A stretch of DNA of 64,000 nt from a virus (IMGVR_UViG_3300012346_000220:19826-83825), one strand, 5' to 3'. Shown: positions 30,538 to 40,191, counted from the first letter of the stretch. Numbers and translations: made by a program. The notes: generated from the letters alone by a model not told the origin.

Positions 30538-31341
30538 TTATTTGATGTGCACGAACGGTGTGACCTGTCCGGGCATCGTGGTCGGCAGCTTGCCGTCCCA
30601 CTTCTCGATGGCCTTCAGCTCCACATACTCTTTGCCGCCTTGCGATGTGATGGCAGCAGCACGCATACGGATTGCGTCAGCGTCACCCTGCGCTTCGACG
30701 CGCTTGCGATCCGCTTCCGCTTTGGCCAGCTCAACTTCCTTTTGCTTTGCGGCGATCTGGAAGTTGCGGTTTGCGGACTCCTTGATGGATGCCTCCAGTG
30801 CAGGGTCAGTCACCAAGTTGCGCACGTTGGCGCTGCGCACGAAGAACCAGCCCTTACCAGCGCTCTCGTCCAAGTCCTTTTGCAGGGCTTCAACGACCTT
30901 GGCGGCGATGGCTACGCGCTCGGTGTGCACTGTCTCGGAGCTGTAAACAGACACTGCGTTGTAGATGGCCTCGCGGGCTTGGCGGCTGACGTAGCTGTTA
31001 CCGACACGCACACCCTCTTCGCCTTTGAGTTCCACCATGTCACCGGGCCAGCGGGTCATGATGTCCGCAGCTTTGCTCGGGTCGATCTGGTAGTAGATGT
31101 CCACGTCCAAGTCGGTCAAGGTAATCTTGTCCTTGGTCTGCGGCTTCATGTCGTTCATCTGAAGCAGCAGCTCTTTGGCCGACACTTCTGTGACGCGCTT
31201 GAACAGCGTGAAGTAGACGCCTGGCGCCATGGTTTCTTTTTTGACTTGGCCCATGGTGGACTCGACGCCGATGTTGCCGGTGTCGATCTGAGTGCAAGCA
31301 GACAGTGCTGCGGCTGCGATGATGGTGATAATTTTTTTCAT
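30538..31341 (-). CDS. SPFH/band-7 (HflC/prohibitin-like) domain lipoprotein
   Basis: Start at the internal ATG at 31341. Signal peptide with lipobox (MKKIITIIAAAALSAC). The core, a coiled coil and a C-terminal region match SPFH-family architecture. Confidence 0.7.
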   Translation of the reverse strand: MKKIITIIAAAALSACTQIDTGNIGVESTMGQVKKETMAPGVYFTLFKRVTEVSAKELLLQMNDMKPQTKDKITLTDLDVDIYYQIDPSKAADIMTRWPGDMVELKGEEGVRVGNSYVSRQAREAIYNAVSVYSSETVHTERVAIAAKVVEALQKDLDESAGKGWFFVRSANVRNLVTDPALEASIKESANRNFQIAAKQKEVELAKAEADRKRVEAQGDADAIRMRAAAITSQGGKEYVELKAIEKWDGKLPTTMPGQVTPFVHIK

Positions 31342-31348
31342 GTGTCTC

Positions 31349-31540
31349 TCAAAGAATGTTGATTGATCCGTTATGCGCGGCGAAGAACAAACCAGCCCAT
31401 AGGCCGAGCCAGATTGCAATGATTGTTGCCGCGTGGCGAAGTACAAAGTCTTTTATGAAGAACTTTGCCCGTGGTGGTGTGTAGTGCCAGCCGAAGTAAC
31501 CAGCGACCAGCAGTACCAACAAAAGGATTACGTGCTTCAC
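31349..31540 (-). CDS. Small two-helix membrane protein upstream of the SPFH gene
   Basis: 63 aa with two hydrophobic helices (ILLLVLLVAGYFGW, IIAIWLGLWAGLFFAA). Confidence 0.5.
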   Translation of the reverse strand: MKHVILLLVLLVAGYFGWHYTPPRAKFFIKDFVLRHAATIIAIWLGLWAGLFFAAHNGSINIL

Positions 31541-31827
31541 TTCTCAACCTTTGTTGGGAACAGTTGCGACAGCACGCTCTCGTACTGCGTCTTGCGGCGC
31601 TCAAGCAGCGCTACCTTGTCCAGCTTGTCCAGCAGGTTGGGGAAGTTGATGTCTTCTTTGGAGCACTGCTCTTGGATGTCAGCTTCCAAGCGGACCAGCT
31701 CGTCGTCCAGCTTGGCCATCTCCAGCTCGGCTTGGCTCTTCATCTTCCGAGCACGGATGGGGGCCAGCGACTCGGCCAGTTTTTCTTTGGACAATCCAAT
31801 AATTTCTGCGAATGGTTTCAATGTCAT
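31537..31827 (-). CDS. Coiled-coil protein
   Basis: 96 aa, highly charged and helical. ATGA-coupled. Confidence 0.4.
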   Translation of the reverse strand: MTLKPFAEIIGLSKEKLAESLAPIRARKMKSQAELEMAKLDDELVRLEADIQEQCSKEDINFPNLLDKLDKVALLERRKTQYESVLSQLFPTKVEK

Positions 31828-32105
31828 GCTACTTCTCCAGTTAATAAAAGTTTGGTGTCTGCATTGCTGAGAAAGCTCAGCGGGGTTACTTCTTTCTTGA
31901 CGGTCTTTGGCGCTTCGTTGAAGCCAAGAAATGCAGGGTCGGATACCCTGTAGTTCATTTGCTCAACGTGCATCAGCTCACGCTCCACGCGCCACAACTT
32001 TTCTTCGTAGTAACGCGCTTCGTCGCTGCTGCGAGAGGAGCGTATTGCTTGCCTCAAGTAGTCTCGCTCGTGGTGTATGGAGCTCATTGAGTTCATGATT
32101 GCCAT
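31824..32105 (-). CDS. Hypothetical protein
   Basis: 93 aa. Confidence 0.35.
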   Translation of the reverse strand: MAIMNSMSSIHHERDYLRQAIRSSRSSDEARYYEEKLWRVERELMHVEQMNYRVSDPAFLGFNEAPKTVKKEVTPLSFLSNADTKLLLTGEVA

Positions 32106-32217
32106 GTGCTTCTCCTTGTAGGTGGGGGTACTCGCTGCGTCTGCTGGGGCTGCACCGCATGAACTGAATCACTTGGCTGAGCGTTATCCAGCAGCATCCG
32201 CTTTCCCCCCGGTTCAA

Positions 32218-33198
32218 TTACTCGTCGTCCCAATCGGACACGATGTCAGCCAGCTTGGACTTCTTGGCAGGCACGGCACCACCTTTGGCGGTCTCCTTGC
32301 GCACTTCGGGTTCGTCCGTCTCGGCTTCTTCCACTGGCTTGGCTTTGGCCTTGGCAGCTTTCGGTGCCGGTGCTGGAGCCTCGTCTTCTTCCTCTTCAGC
32401 CGCAGGCGCTGGTGCTGCCTTAGCAACGGCCTTGGGCGCAGCGCCGCCGATGTTCATCGGTGCAGCTTTCACGCCGTCAGCTTGCGCCACGGTCAGGGTC
32501 ACAGCCTTCTTGGCATCGTCAGACTCGCCTTGCGACACAGCGATCGGGTACTCGTCGTCTGTCAACCAGCGCGTAGGCGCGAAGAACAGCTTGGGAGACT
32601 CGGCCTTGGTGTCGAACTTCATGCGCGTGACGATCTGCTCGGGGTTAACCGGAGGTGTCTGCGCTGCCAAGAAGCGGGCGTAGGCTTGCAGGGGACGCTT
32701 GTCGCCTTCTTCCTTACCGAAGATGCTGGTAGCTGGGAGTGTCAGTTGCAACACATCGCCTTCTGGATTGTCGGCCAGCACAACAGCAAGGCGCTGTTGG
32801 AAGCGGCAGGCACGGCTATTACCGTTACCGGAACCGGCTTCGTTCTGTGGGCAACCCATGCAGGTGGCGTGTTGAGGGGCCGTCAGGCTTGCGTCGGGCT
32901 TCTCGCCGTCGTTGCTCCAGCACTCAGGACGCACAATCGCCTCGGCGTTGTAAGCGCCAGCGTAGAAGATGCGGCTGACTTTGGGGGCAGCGCGAACAAT
33001 GATGACGTCAAGGTGACGGTCGTCGATGCTGGTGATCTCCTTGCCGCCTGCCACCAGACGGAACACGCCGCCCTTGATGGAGATGCGCTTGGTAGATACG
33101 CCAGAACCGCCGGTCAGGGCCTTGGCTGTGTCAGACAACTCGTTGTTACGAGCAAATGCGGGGACGTTGGACGAATTGAAAAGCGTAATGTTGCTCAT
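32218..33198 (-). CDS. Putative ssDNA-binding protein (DUF2815-like) with long Ala/Pro/Lys-rich linker and acidic C-terminal tail (..SDWDDE)
   Basis: Domain resemblance is from memory. The acidic C-terminal tail and the Cys cluster (C..C...CMGCP) can be read directly. Position between the helicases is typical of phage replication modules. Confidence 0.5.
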   Translation of the reverse strand: MSNITLFNSSNVPAFARNNELSDTAKALTGGSGVSTKRISIKGGVFRLVAGGKEITSIDDRHLDVIIVRAAPKVSRIFYAGAYNAEAIVRPECWSNDGEKPDASLTAPQHATCMGCPQNEAGSGNGNSRACRFQQRLAVVLADNPEGDVLQLTLPATSIFGKEEGDKRPLQAYARFLAAQTPPVNPEQIVTRMKFDTKAESPKLFFAPTRWLTDDEYPIAVSQGESDDAKKAVTLTVAQADGVKAAPMNIGGAAPKAVAKAAPAPAAEEEEDEAPAPAPKAAKAKAKPVEEAETDEPEVRKETAKGGAVPAKKSKLADIVSDWDDE

Positions 33199-33205
33199 GA
33201 TTGCG

Positions 33206-33622
33206 TTACTTTCTTGCTTTGGTTACACGAATGTCGAACTCAGTGACTGAGTTCAGCCCCGGCGGCAGAACACCGGGGTTCTCTTCCAGAAACTGCGCCA
33301 TGTTGGTTTGGGCGATGCGCTTCTCCAACAGGTCTACGACTTGATGCTCAAGCACGAATGCTTTGAACGAGTCCCAGTCCTGTGTGTTGTAGCGCGTCTT
33401 CTTCATCAACGACACGGTTCCCGTGGAGGTCTGGACCGATGTCAGGCCGAGGGCCTTCATCTGGTCTTTAATGGCGAGGCGCACCTGCGTGCGGGTCTCG
33501 TCCAGCTCAGCGAGCTGGCGATCAAGGACTTCCATCTTGGCCTTGATCTTTGTGTGAATGGCGACCAGCTTGTCGAGCGGAATTGCTTCGACTTCCGGTG
33601 CTTCTTCGATGTCTTCGGTCAT
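33206..33622 (-). CDS. Hypothetical protein
   Basis: 138 aa. Acidic N-terminus. Confidence 0.35.
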   Translation of the reverse strand: MTEDIEEAPEVEAIPLDKLVAIHTKIKAKMEVLDRQLAELDETRTQVRLAIKDQMKALGLTSVQTSTGTVSLMKKTRYNTQDWDSFKAFVLEHQVVDLLEKRIAQTNMAQFLEENPGVLPPGLNSVTEFDIRVTKARK

Positions 33623-33690
33623 TGCTTTCTCCTATATTTTTGTCAAGCGTTGGACAGTTTACATGGATTTTTTCTGGGTGCAACCCCCTT

Positions 33691-35250
33691 TCAAGAATTT
33701 ATTTCGAGGGTGAACATCTCGGTCAGAAGTGAGCTATCGCTCACTTTCGCTGCGAGGGCCTTGAACATCTTGGCCTCCACGGGGGAGCTTTGGATGTGGA
33801 AGACTGTCACCTTGTCGGCGTTCTGGCCCTTGCGGTCGGCACGGGCAATACACTGGATGTACTGCTCAACGCTCATCAAGGGGCCGTAGAACACCACGGT
33901 GTCAGCGGCAGTCAACGTAATGCCGTGCGCTGTAGCAGCAGGCTGCATGACCAGCACCCTTGGGTCGGGGTCGGTCTGGAAGCGGTGGATGATGTCGCCT
34001 CGTTTGTTGGCTGATACACCGCCGTGGATGCACTCGTTGGTGATGCCCTTGGATGTCAGGTGGCGCTGGATGGTCTCGATGCTGGCGCGGAACAACGCGA
34101 AGACGATGACCTTGCGGTTTGTCTCCTCCAGAATCTCCTCCAACACGCCAAGCCTTGGGCCAGCGTCGAACTCCACCACCTCTTTGGTGTCGGTCAGCGC
34201 AGCACCCGCAGATACCTGAAGCAGCTTGCTCAGCATAGCAGCGGCATTGACCGCAGTGATGACCTCTCCAGCAGCTTGGACCAGCATCTGATCCTTGAGC
34301 ATGTTGTAGTACTTGGCCTGCTGCGGAGTCAGCGGAACCTCGCGGGTCAGCGTCATCACTGGCGGCAAGTCAAGGCACTGGTCTTTGGAGAACCGGATCG
34401 CTGGTTGCAGCGCATTGAACACACGGTCACGCGCATCGGGTTTGGGTGCCCACTTGTACAGCGTGATCTTGTTCATCACCGAGTCGCGCCATCCTGTGTA
34501 GAACAGCGGCACGTTGTCAGGGTTGACCAGCTTGGCCAGCCCGTACGCATCAGCAGGCGACTGCGATGCTGGTGTGCCCGTCATCATCCACAGGTGTGTC
34601 TTCGGTCCGATGATGGACTTGAGCGTCTTCCATCGCTTGGTGGTCACTGTCTTGTAGGCGTTGGCCTCGTCAACAATCACCAGATCAAAGCGCCCGTCAT
34701 TGACGATCTCCTCGGCAATCAGGTTCAGTCCATCGTAGTTGCAGATCACGAACTCGTAGTCCTGCTGAATCATCTCGATGCGGCGTGACGACTTGCTGTG
34801 ATGCGCCACGATGGCCGAGCGGTGGATGATGCTGTTGTTCAGATCACTGAGCCATGCTGAGTGCATGATCGACAGTGGGCACAGTATCAACACACGCCGC
34901 ACAAAGCCTAGCTTCATCAAGTAGTCAGCGGCCCATAGCGATGCAAGCGTCTTGCCTGTGCCGGGATCGTTGAAACAAAACGCCCGCTTGTGCATCGTGA
35001 GAAATGCCGCAGTGTCCACTTGGTGAGCCATCGGTTTGTAGCGCCCCGGCCAGTCATAGCGCCGTGTGATCGGTGACTGGATGTCCTTCACGCCGAGGTT
35101 CTTCAGAACACGCGCTTCGTCCAAGCCCCAGTACACCGCAACATCGAAGCCGCCATCATCACGCTCGATGACTTTGTGCTTGGGGATGATCTTGTACTTC
35201 TCTGGGTTGCGTGTTCTGAAGACGATGGCCTTGTCGTCAATGATGTCCAA
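33691..35250 (-). CDS. SNF2-family (DEAD/DEAH-box) helicase
   Basis: Motif I NDPGTGKT, motif II VIVDEANAYK, and a C-terminal helicase domain (ALFRASIETIQRHL...VLVMQPAATAHGITL). Confidence 0.75.
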   Translation of the reverse strand: MDIIDDKAIVFRTRNPEKYKIIPKHKVIERDDGGFDVAVYWGLDEARVLKNLGVKDIQSPITRRYDWPGRYKPMAHQVDTAAFLTMHKRAFCFNDPGTGKTLASLWAADYLMKLGFVRRVLILCPLSIMHSAWLSDLNNSIIHRSAIVAHHSKSSRRIEMIQQDYEFVICNYDGLNLIAEEIVNDGRFDLVIVDEANAYKTVTTKRWKTLKSIIGPKTHLWMMTGTPASQSPADAYGLAKLVNPDNVPLFYTGWRDSVMNKITLYKWAPKPDARDRVFNALQPAIRFSKDQCLDLPPVMTLTREVPLTPQQAKYYNMLKDQMLVQAAGEVITAVNAAAMLSKLLQVSAGAALTDTKEVVEFDAGPRLGVLEEILEETNRKVIVFALFRASIETIQRHLTSKGITNECIHGGVSANKRGDIIHRFQTDPDPRVLVMQPAATAHGITLTAADTVVFYGPLMSVEQYIQCIARADRKGQNADKVTVFHIQSSPVEAKMFKALAAKVSDSSLLTEMFTLEINS

Positions 35251-35704
35251 AATACACCTCCTTCGCCATTAGGTACACCAGATGCGCCTCTTCAGGGCTG
35301 TTGAATATTCCAAGGTGTTGCTTGGCTTTGTGGGGAGGTGCTATTTGCGCAACCCAGCGGCCGCCTCGAAAGCTGTGTACTCCGGCCCAACCGCTCTTGT
35401 TGTTTCGGTTTGCCCCCGCTCTGTTGTGGGCATTGATGCGGCGCGTTACAACCCGCAAGTTGATCCACCTGTTATCCGCACGGTTGCAGTTCATATGGTC
35501 AACGTCTCGCGTGGGCAGGCTACCGGTTACATACAGCATAGCCAGTCGGTGTGCTTGGTACTGTTTACCTTGCACGACTATTTTTATGTAGCCGGTACTT
35601 GACAGCGTACCCGCACGCCGGTGTTTGTGCGTGCCGGTATTCCAACGGAACTCCCCTGTCAGCGGGTCGTACCGCAGCAGCCGTTTTAGTGTTTGCTGGT
35701 CCAT
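35237..35704 (-). CDS. HNH homing endonuclease
   Basis: YDPLTGEFRW...AHRLA...VDHMNCNRADNRWINLRVVT, a classic HNH architecture. Confidence 0.7.
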   Translation of the reverse strand: MDQQTLKRLLRYDPLTGEFRWNTGTHKHRRAGTLSSTGYIKIVVQGKQYQAHRLAMLYVTGSLPTRDVDHMNCNRADNRWINLRVVTRRINAHNRAGANRNNKSGWAGVHSFRGGRWVAQIAPPHKAKQHLGIFNSPEEAHLVYLMAKEVYFGHH

Positions 35705-35719
35705 TACTTCTCCGTGTGG

Positions 35720-35953
35720 TTATTTGTTGTCGCCTTGATTGGCTTTCTTGGAGCGCAATCTAAGGTTGCCCGGCGTTGACTTACCGCCAGCCCGCAAGGG
35801 CTTGACGTGGTCGATGTCTTTTCCTGCACGGTCGATACCTTTCTTGTCGTATGCACGCCGCGCACGTTGGCGCTCATGCTGGTCTGAGTCTGGGCCGGAC
35901 TTGCCGGTCTCCAGATCGCGCTTGTATTCCTTCTTGTAGTCTCTCGTTGCCAT
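35720..35953 (-). CDS. Small HNH endonuclease
   Basis: Start taken at the internal ATG at 35953. DIDHVKPLRAGG...NLRLRSKKANQ HNH motif. Abuts the stop of the Cas4-like gene. Confidence 0.6.
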   Translation of the reverse strand: MATRDYKKEYKRDLETGKSGPDSDQHERQRARRAYDKKGIDRAGKDIDHVKPLRAGGKSTPGNLRLRSKKANQGDNK

Positions 35954-35954
35954 A

Positions 35955-36650
35955 TCAATCTCTCTTTCGGTTGTGTTCACACGTCTTGACGACGCACCAT
36001 CCACACAGAGGTGTGGGCTTGGGGTTCCATACCCCGGTCTCATGCGCCTTTTCAATGCGGGCGACGCGTGTCCGGTAATCCCACCAGTACTCCTCGGCTT
36101 CACCGCGCAAGAAGCTGGCCTTAACCAAGTCGTTCTTGACCACGAACAGCAGACCACCGCTGACTTTGCGGATGTGCGGGAAGTGCACGAACACCATCAG
36201 CGCCATCAGCCGAAGCTGCTCCCGATCCGGGTACTTGTTGTTGCCCGTTTTATAGTCCACCACGCGAGCTGTCAAGTTCTCATCGTCGATGATGAGCAAG
36301 TCGGCAATGCCGCGCACCCACACATCTTTGTCCATGAACCCGCAAGGGCGCAGATCGGCTGTCACGCCCATCTCGTGCTCACACAGCTTGCGGCCGGGCT
36401 TGGCCTTGAGCGCATCGAGCATGTCCTTGACGAACTCAAACTGAGGCGGCAGGGGCTTGTCGTCCTTGATGTAGAACTCCGCTGCTGAGTGCAGCTCCTT
36501 GCCGTACCGGATGGCTTCTGTTTCTGGGAAGGGGTACTGCTTCAGAACCTTCACCTCGTGATAGCGCCGGGGACAGCCCTCGTAGTCCTTGAGCGCTGAG
36601 TGTGACCATTTAACTGTCATTGTGCTGCCTTTGTGTTTTGTTGAATCCAT
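35955..36650 (-). CDS. Cas4-like PD-(D/E)XK nuclease with C-terminal Cys cluster
   Basis: D..EhK-type core (IADLLIIDDENLTARVVDYKTG) and C-terminal CGWCVVKTCEH, the Fe-S-type cysteines of the Cas4/DUF2800 family. Confidence 0.65.
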   Translation of the reverse strand: MDSTKHKGSTMTVKWSHSALKDYEGCPRRYHEVKVLKQYPFPETEAIRYGKELHSAAEFYIKDDKPLPPQFEFVKDMLDALKAKPGRKLCEHEMGVTADLRPCGFMDKDVWVRGIADLLIIDDENLTARVVDYKTGNNKYPDREQLRLMALMVFVHFPHIRKVSGGLLFVVKNDLVKASFLRGEAEEYWWDYRTRVARIEKAHETGVWNPKPTPLCGWCVVKTCEHNRKRD

Positions 36651-36799
36651 TGAAGATGCTCGCCCAGTTCGGTGTACTCCTCGATGGGTATTACCCGTGT
36701 TGAGAACTGCATCTTCTCATCCATCTGCATGACCAGCACGCCAGTGCCGTAGAGCAAGGCGTGTTGCATCATCTTGTCGAAGTCGTCTTCTGGCTCCAT
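36617..36799 (-). CDS. Hypothetical small protein
   Basis: 60 aa. Confidence 0.3.
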   Translation of the reverse strand: MEPEDDFDKMMQHALLYGTGVLVMQMDEKMQFSTRVIPIEEYTELGEHLQWIQQNTKAAQ

Positions 36800-37107
36800 C
36801 AGAACCTCGCTGATTGAATTGCTTTGTTGAGTTTGCTGCTGAACTCTTCGACGAAGTTCTCGTCGTTGTTCAGGTCAGGGCGGTCCATGCTTTCAAGTAT
36901 GGCGTGAGTCAGCTCATGCCAGAACGTCTCTTGCAGTGCGGATAGTTTGAGCGGTATGCCGTGGTACGACTTACGCGCCAAGGTGATGGTGCGCTTGGCG
37001 TAGTGCACCTCCCCCATGTACAGACGCTCACGCATCGACTCAGCGATGTCCACGCTGTACCAGTTCTCACCCACCTTGATCTTCTTGGGTAGTGTCAGTT
37101 GCTTCAC
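36799..37107 (-). CDS. Small zincin-like HExxH protein (ImmA/IrrE- or SprT-like motif WHELTHAILE)
   Basis: GTG start at 37107 with a strong SD (AGGAG, 7-nt spacer). The HExxH motif is read directly. Confidence 0.45.
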   Translation of the reverse strand: MKQLTLPKKIKVGENWYSVDIAESMRERLYMGEVHYAKRTITLARKSYHGIPLKLSALQETFWHELTHAILESMDRPDLNNDENFVEEFSSKLNKAIQSARF

Positions 37108-37232
37108 TTGCTTTCTCCTTAGTTAAAACTTGACGCAGTGTCCACCGTGCGTCAACACGGTCCGCAAACCATCGAAACAGTTTGCGGCAGTCATCTTGCA
37201 GCAGGTATGGTGGCCACCCCGTCTTTTTCATA

Positions 37233-39224
37233 TCACCCCTTTGCCAATCCATAACGGCGGTGTGCACCGACCTCTGAGTTCAGCGGTATGCCGGGCATGT
37301 ACTTGGGCGGCGCAATCATCTGCTCCAGCACCCAATCCTTGGCGTACTCGACCTCATCGTCAGGCACAACACAGAGCAATTCATCATGCACTGTGCCTAC
37401 CACGGGGTACTTCTTGTCCACCCGTAGCATGCCGTCTGTCATCACCACACGCGCAGTTCCCTGCACAATGTTGTTCGTTATCTTCCCAGCGTACAGCTTG
37501 GTCGGCTTAACGCCTGCTTCCCCGTACACCCAATTGCGTTGCTTTGTTTCTTTATCGACTTCGTTACGTAAGTTCGGATACTTGAGGGTCATGCCCGAGG
37601 GCAAGACGATCTCTTCTTTTCTGAACGTGACGCATTTATACACCACCTCTTCGCCGCCGTAAAGCGACTTCTCCATCAGCTTGCTGCACATATCCCAGAA
37701 GCTGACCACGGGGTGCGCTGTGCTGCGGTAGATGTCGATGATCTTCTTGGCCGCTACGCAGTGGATCAGCAGCTCACGCTCTGTGCAGGTGTGGGGAATC
37801 TCCCGGAGCTTCTTAACATTCTCTTCCCACCCAACGAAGCGGTCGATGTAGGCGGCATCCACACCGAGCTTCTTTGCAAACGCTTTGTCGTAGCGTACGG
37901 GAGGAGCGCCAAGGAATCCAACGAGAAGCTGGGCAGCGAAAGACGCCCAGCCAAGCCCGTACCCGCAGCCGAGTAGCGCAGACTTTGCAGACTGGCGCAG
38001 GTCTGGATGGCTTTCTTTTGAAAGGCCGGGTATGTTGAACATCTGAGCGCCGAAAGCTGCGTAAGCGTCACTGCCAGACCGGAAGATGTCGAGCATATCT
38101 TCGTAATCCGCAAACCACGCAAGTACTCGCGGTTCAATTTGCGAAAGGTCCCCGACAACAAGCTGGTTCCCCAGCGGTGCCATGATTGCTTTGCGTAGGA
38201 ACGAACCTCGCTTGAGGTTTTGCATGTTGATGGCGCTTCCCTTGGCAGCAGTCCAACGACCCGTCGCCGCGCCGTAGTAGCTAAGCGGGACCGGGAGCGG
38301 ACCCCTGCCCGATATATCAAGGAAGCGCTGTGCCCGTGTACGCTCGGTCGTTGACTTAACGCGAAGGCGAGCTTCACAAAGAAGGGCAACGTCTTCACGT
38401 TCACCGTTGAGCAGCGCTTGAAAAAGCGCGTCATTCTTTGCAAAAGCAAACGCCTCCTTCCCTGTGGTCTTGCTGACTTTCGTAGGGGGAGTGACGCCCA
38501 TGAGACTGAGGACTTCCGCAAACTTTGGGTTCGACGCAAGTGCAGTCTCCTCGATGCCGAGTTTCTTAAGTAAGCCTTCACGCTTTTCTCCTTCTTCTGA
38601 TAGCGCCTTGATGAGCATCTCCCTGTCCAGCTCAAGGCAGGCGTTTGTGTACATGCGCAGAGTCATGTCAACGAGGCGCAGCTCTTTGGCTGGATACCCT
38701 TTGATTAGCCGCAAGAAAATCTGCTCACACAGCCATGTGTCGTGGCAGCAGTAGTCGGCAAGGATGGCCTCAACATCCGCAGGCAGCTCGTCCAGAATGT
38801 TCTCGGACGGAGACAGCCCATCGCCCTTGGGCGGCAGGTTAAACAGCGCAGCCAGCTTGGCCAGACTATTGCCCACCTCAACACCGCGCAGTGCACGGCC
38901 CATCGACAGTGTGTCGAAGATGAACGCAGGCCGAGCGTTGTAGTGCCAGCTCATGATGGACACATCGAACAGTGCGTTCTGTGCAACCACCGCAGTGCGG
39001 CTCCAGTCAATGTTGGCGAAGAACTTCGGCAGGTCCTTGCGTGTTACCCATACTGCGGGTTCAGCGCTGTCCAGATACTTCCACGATAGGCCCCATGCTT
39101 TGAAGCGCGGGTCGCGTACGTACTCCTCGTTGGTCTGTGTTGAGAACCCGAGCCGGACGTGCGGGGCACGGCCCCATGCTGTCTCGAAGTCCAGCACGAT
39201 GATGCTGTCGTATGGTGCGCTCAT
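37233..39224 (-). CDS. Family A DNA polymerase with N-terminal 3'-5' exonuclease domain
   Basis: Exo I (LDFETAW). Pol motifs incl. (R..K....YG) and VHDELLCVVPDDE (motif C). Confidence 0.85.
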   Translation of the reverse strand: MSAPYDSIIVLDFETAWGRAPHVRLGFSTQTNEEYVRDPRFKAWGLSWKYLDSAEPAVWVTRKDLPKFFANIDWSRTAVVAQNALFDVSIMSWHYNARPAFIFDTLSMGRALRGVEVGNSLAKLAALFNLPPKGDGLSPSENILDELPADVEAILADYCCHDTWLCEQIFLRLIKGYPAKELRLVDMTLRMYTNACLELDREMLIKALSEEGEKREGLLKKLGIEETALASNPKFAEVLSLMGVTPPTKVSKTTGKEAFAFAKNDALFQALLNGEREDVALLCEARLRVKSTTERTRAQRFLDISGRGPLPVPLSYYGAATGRWTAAKGSAINMQNLKRGSFLRKAIMAPLGNQLVVGDLSQIEPRVLAWFADYEDMLDIFRSGSDAYAAFGAQMFNIPGLSKESHPDLRQSAKSALLGCGYGLGWASFAAQLLVGFLGAPPVRYDKAFAKKLGVDAAYIDRFVGWEENVKKLREIPHTCTERELLIHCVAAKKIIDIYRSTAHPVVSFWDMCSKLMEKSLYGGEEVVYKCVTFRKEEIVLPSGMTLKYPNLRNEVDKETKQRNWVYGEAGVKPTKLYAGKITNNIVQGTARVVMTDGMLRVDKKYPVVGTVHDELLCVVPDDEVEYAKDWVLEQMIAPPKYMPGIPLNSEVGAHRRYGLAKG

Positions 39225-39382
39225 TCTTCGTCCTCCTCATCCATGTGGTCTTGAATCAATTGCATCTTGGCCAACTCAAAGCAGCCAATCACTGTGGTGA
39301 GCATCAGCGTTTCGTCGTACTTGTGCACGACTTCAAGTAGCTCGTCTACCAACGCTTGCGTCAGGTTTCCTGAATAGCTCAA
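39221..39382 (-). CDS. Small acidic helical protein (paralog of 42275..42442), translationally coupled to DNA polymerase
   Basis: TTG start overlaps the upstream stop (TTGA). Its own stop overlaps the polymerase ATG (ATGA). 53 aa, ending in an acidic tail (DHMDEEDEE). Confidence 0.4.
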   Translation of the reverse strand: MSYSGNLTQALVDELLEVVHKYDETLMLTTVIGCFELAKMQLIQDHMDEEDEE

Positions 39383-39663
39383 TTGAATAACTCCTTGGGT
39401 GGTGCATCGCGCAGCACCATTGCTTGCGCCAGCTCGTTTGCTTTACCGACCATGTCAGCCAGCTCCATGTCATCAGCGCCAACGCAGAACGTCAGCAATG
39501 ACTCTCCAGTATCGACCAGCACAACTGCCTTGTTGGGCAAGTCGGGGTCGTAGCACTTGGCCAGCATCAGTATCAGCTTGCCGAAGTGATCGCGCAGGCC
39601 CGTGTCGCTGTTGCTCAGGTTCTCTATCGTGGCGTCCCACGTCTCTTGTGTCAGCTTATCCAT
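39379..39663 (-). CDS. Hypothetical protein
   Basis: 94 aa. Confidence 0.35.
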   Translation of the reverse strand: MDKLTQETWDATIENLSNSDTGLRDHFGKLILMLAKCYDPDLPNKAVVLVDTGESLLTFCVGADDMELADMVGKANELAQAMVLRDAPPKELFN

Positions 39664-39947
39664 GCTTGCAACTCCTGTTCTAGTTCTTCCAAATTATCCT
39701 CACGGACCACAACCGCGAACCCGTATGCGGCTTTGATTGCCTGAAGCTCGCGCTCCTGTAGCGCCGTGGTCTTGCCCTTACCGGCCTTGCACTCGATAGC
39801 GATGAAGCGGCCTTGGTAGCAGCCGATGATGTCGGGGATACCCGAGCGCCCAAGCCCCATGCCCGGAGGCATGAAGTGGTAGATGTCCAAGCGGTCCAGT
39901 ACCTTGCGCACCGCGTTCTTAACTTTCTTCTCTGGTGTATCAGCCAT
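39651..39947 (-). CDS. VRR-NUC domain nuclease
   Basis: Start at ATG 39947 with an AGGAG SD. GIPDIIG...IAIECKAGKGK...Q, a VRR-NUC PD-(D/E)XK motif. Confidence 0.6.
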   Translation of the reverse strand: MADTPEKKVKNAVRKVLDRLDIYHFMPPGMGLGRSGIPDIIGCYQGRFIAIECKAGKGKTTALQERELQAIKAAYGFAVVVREDNLEELEQELQAWIS

Positions 39948-40191
39948 TGCTGTCTCCTGCGGGTTCGTACGTTGCTTCAAAGATGTCAGGCTTGCAGGGG
40001 TAGTGCTCGCCCTTCACGCCAGTGATGATCCAGTCGCCGGGTGTGACAATGTGACCGCCTTCCAGCGTGTGAACCCACCCGTATGCAACGCTTTCACTAC
40101 CCCTTGGCATGATTGTTACCTTTGGGTGATCGCCGTGCTTGAACCACTGGGTCGCCTCAATGACCACGGGCTTCTTTTTAAACTTTGCCAT
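39940..40191 (-). CDS. Hypothetical protein
   Basis: 83 aa. Confidence 0.35.
   Translation of the reverse strand: MAKFKKKPVVIEATQWFKHGDHPKVTIMPRGSESVAYGWVHTLEGGHIVTPGDWIITGVKGEHYPCKPDIFEATYEPAGDSNG

Noticed and set aside
37067-37231. 54-aa ORF starting one nt after the PolA stop
   Set aside because: It has a reasonable SD, but it overlaps the well-supported GTG-start gene 36799..37107 by 41 nt. It is kept out of the feature list as unresolved.
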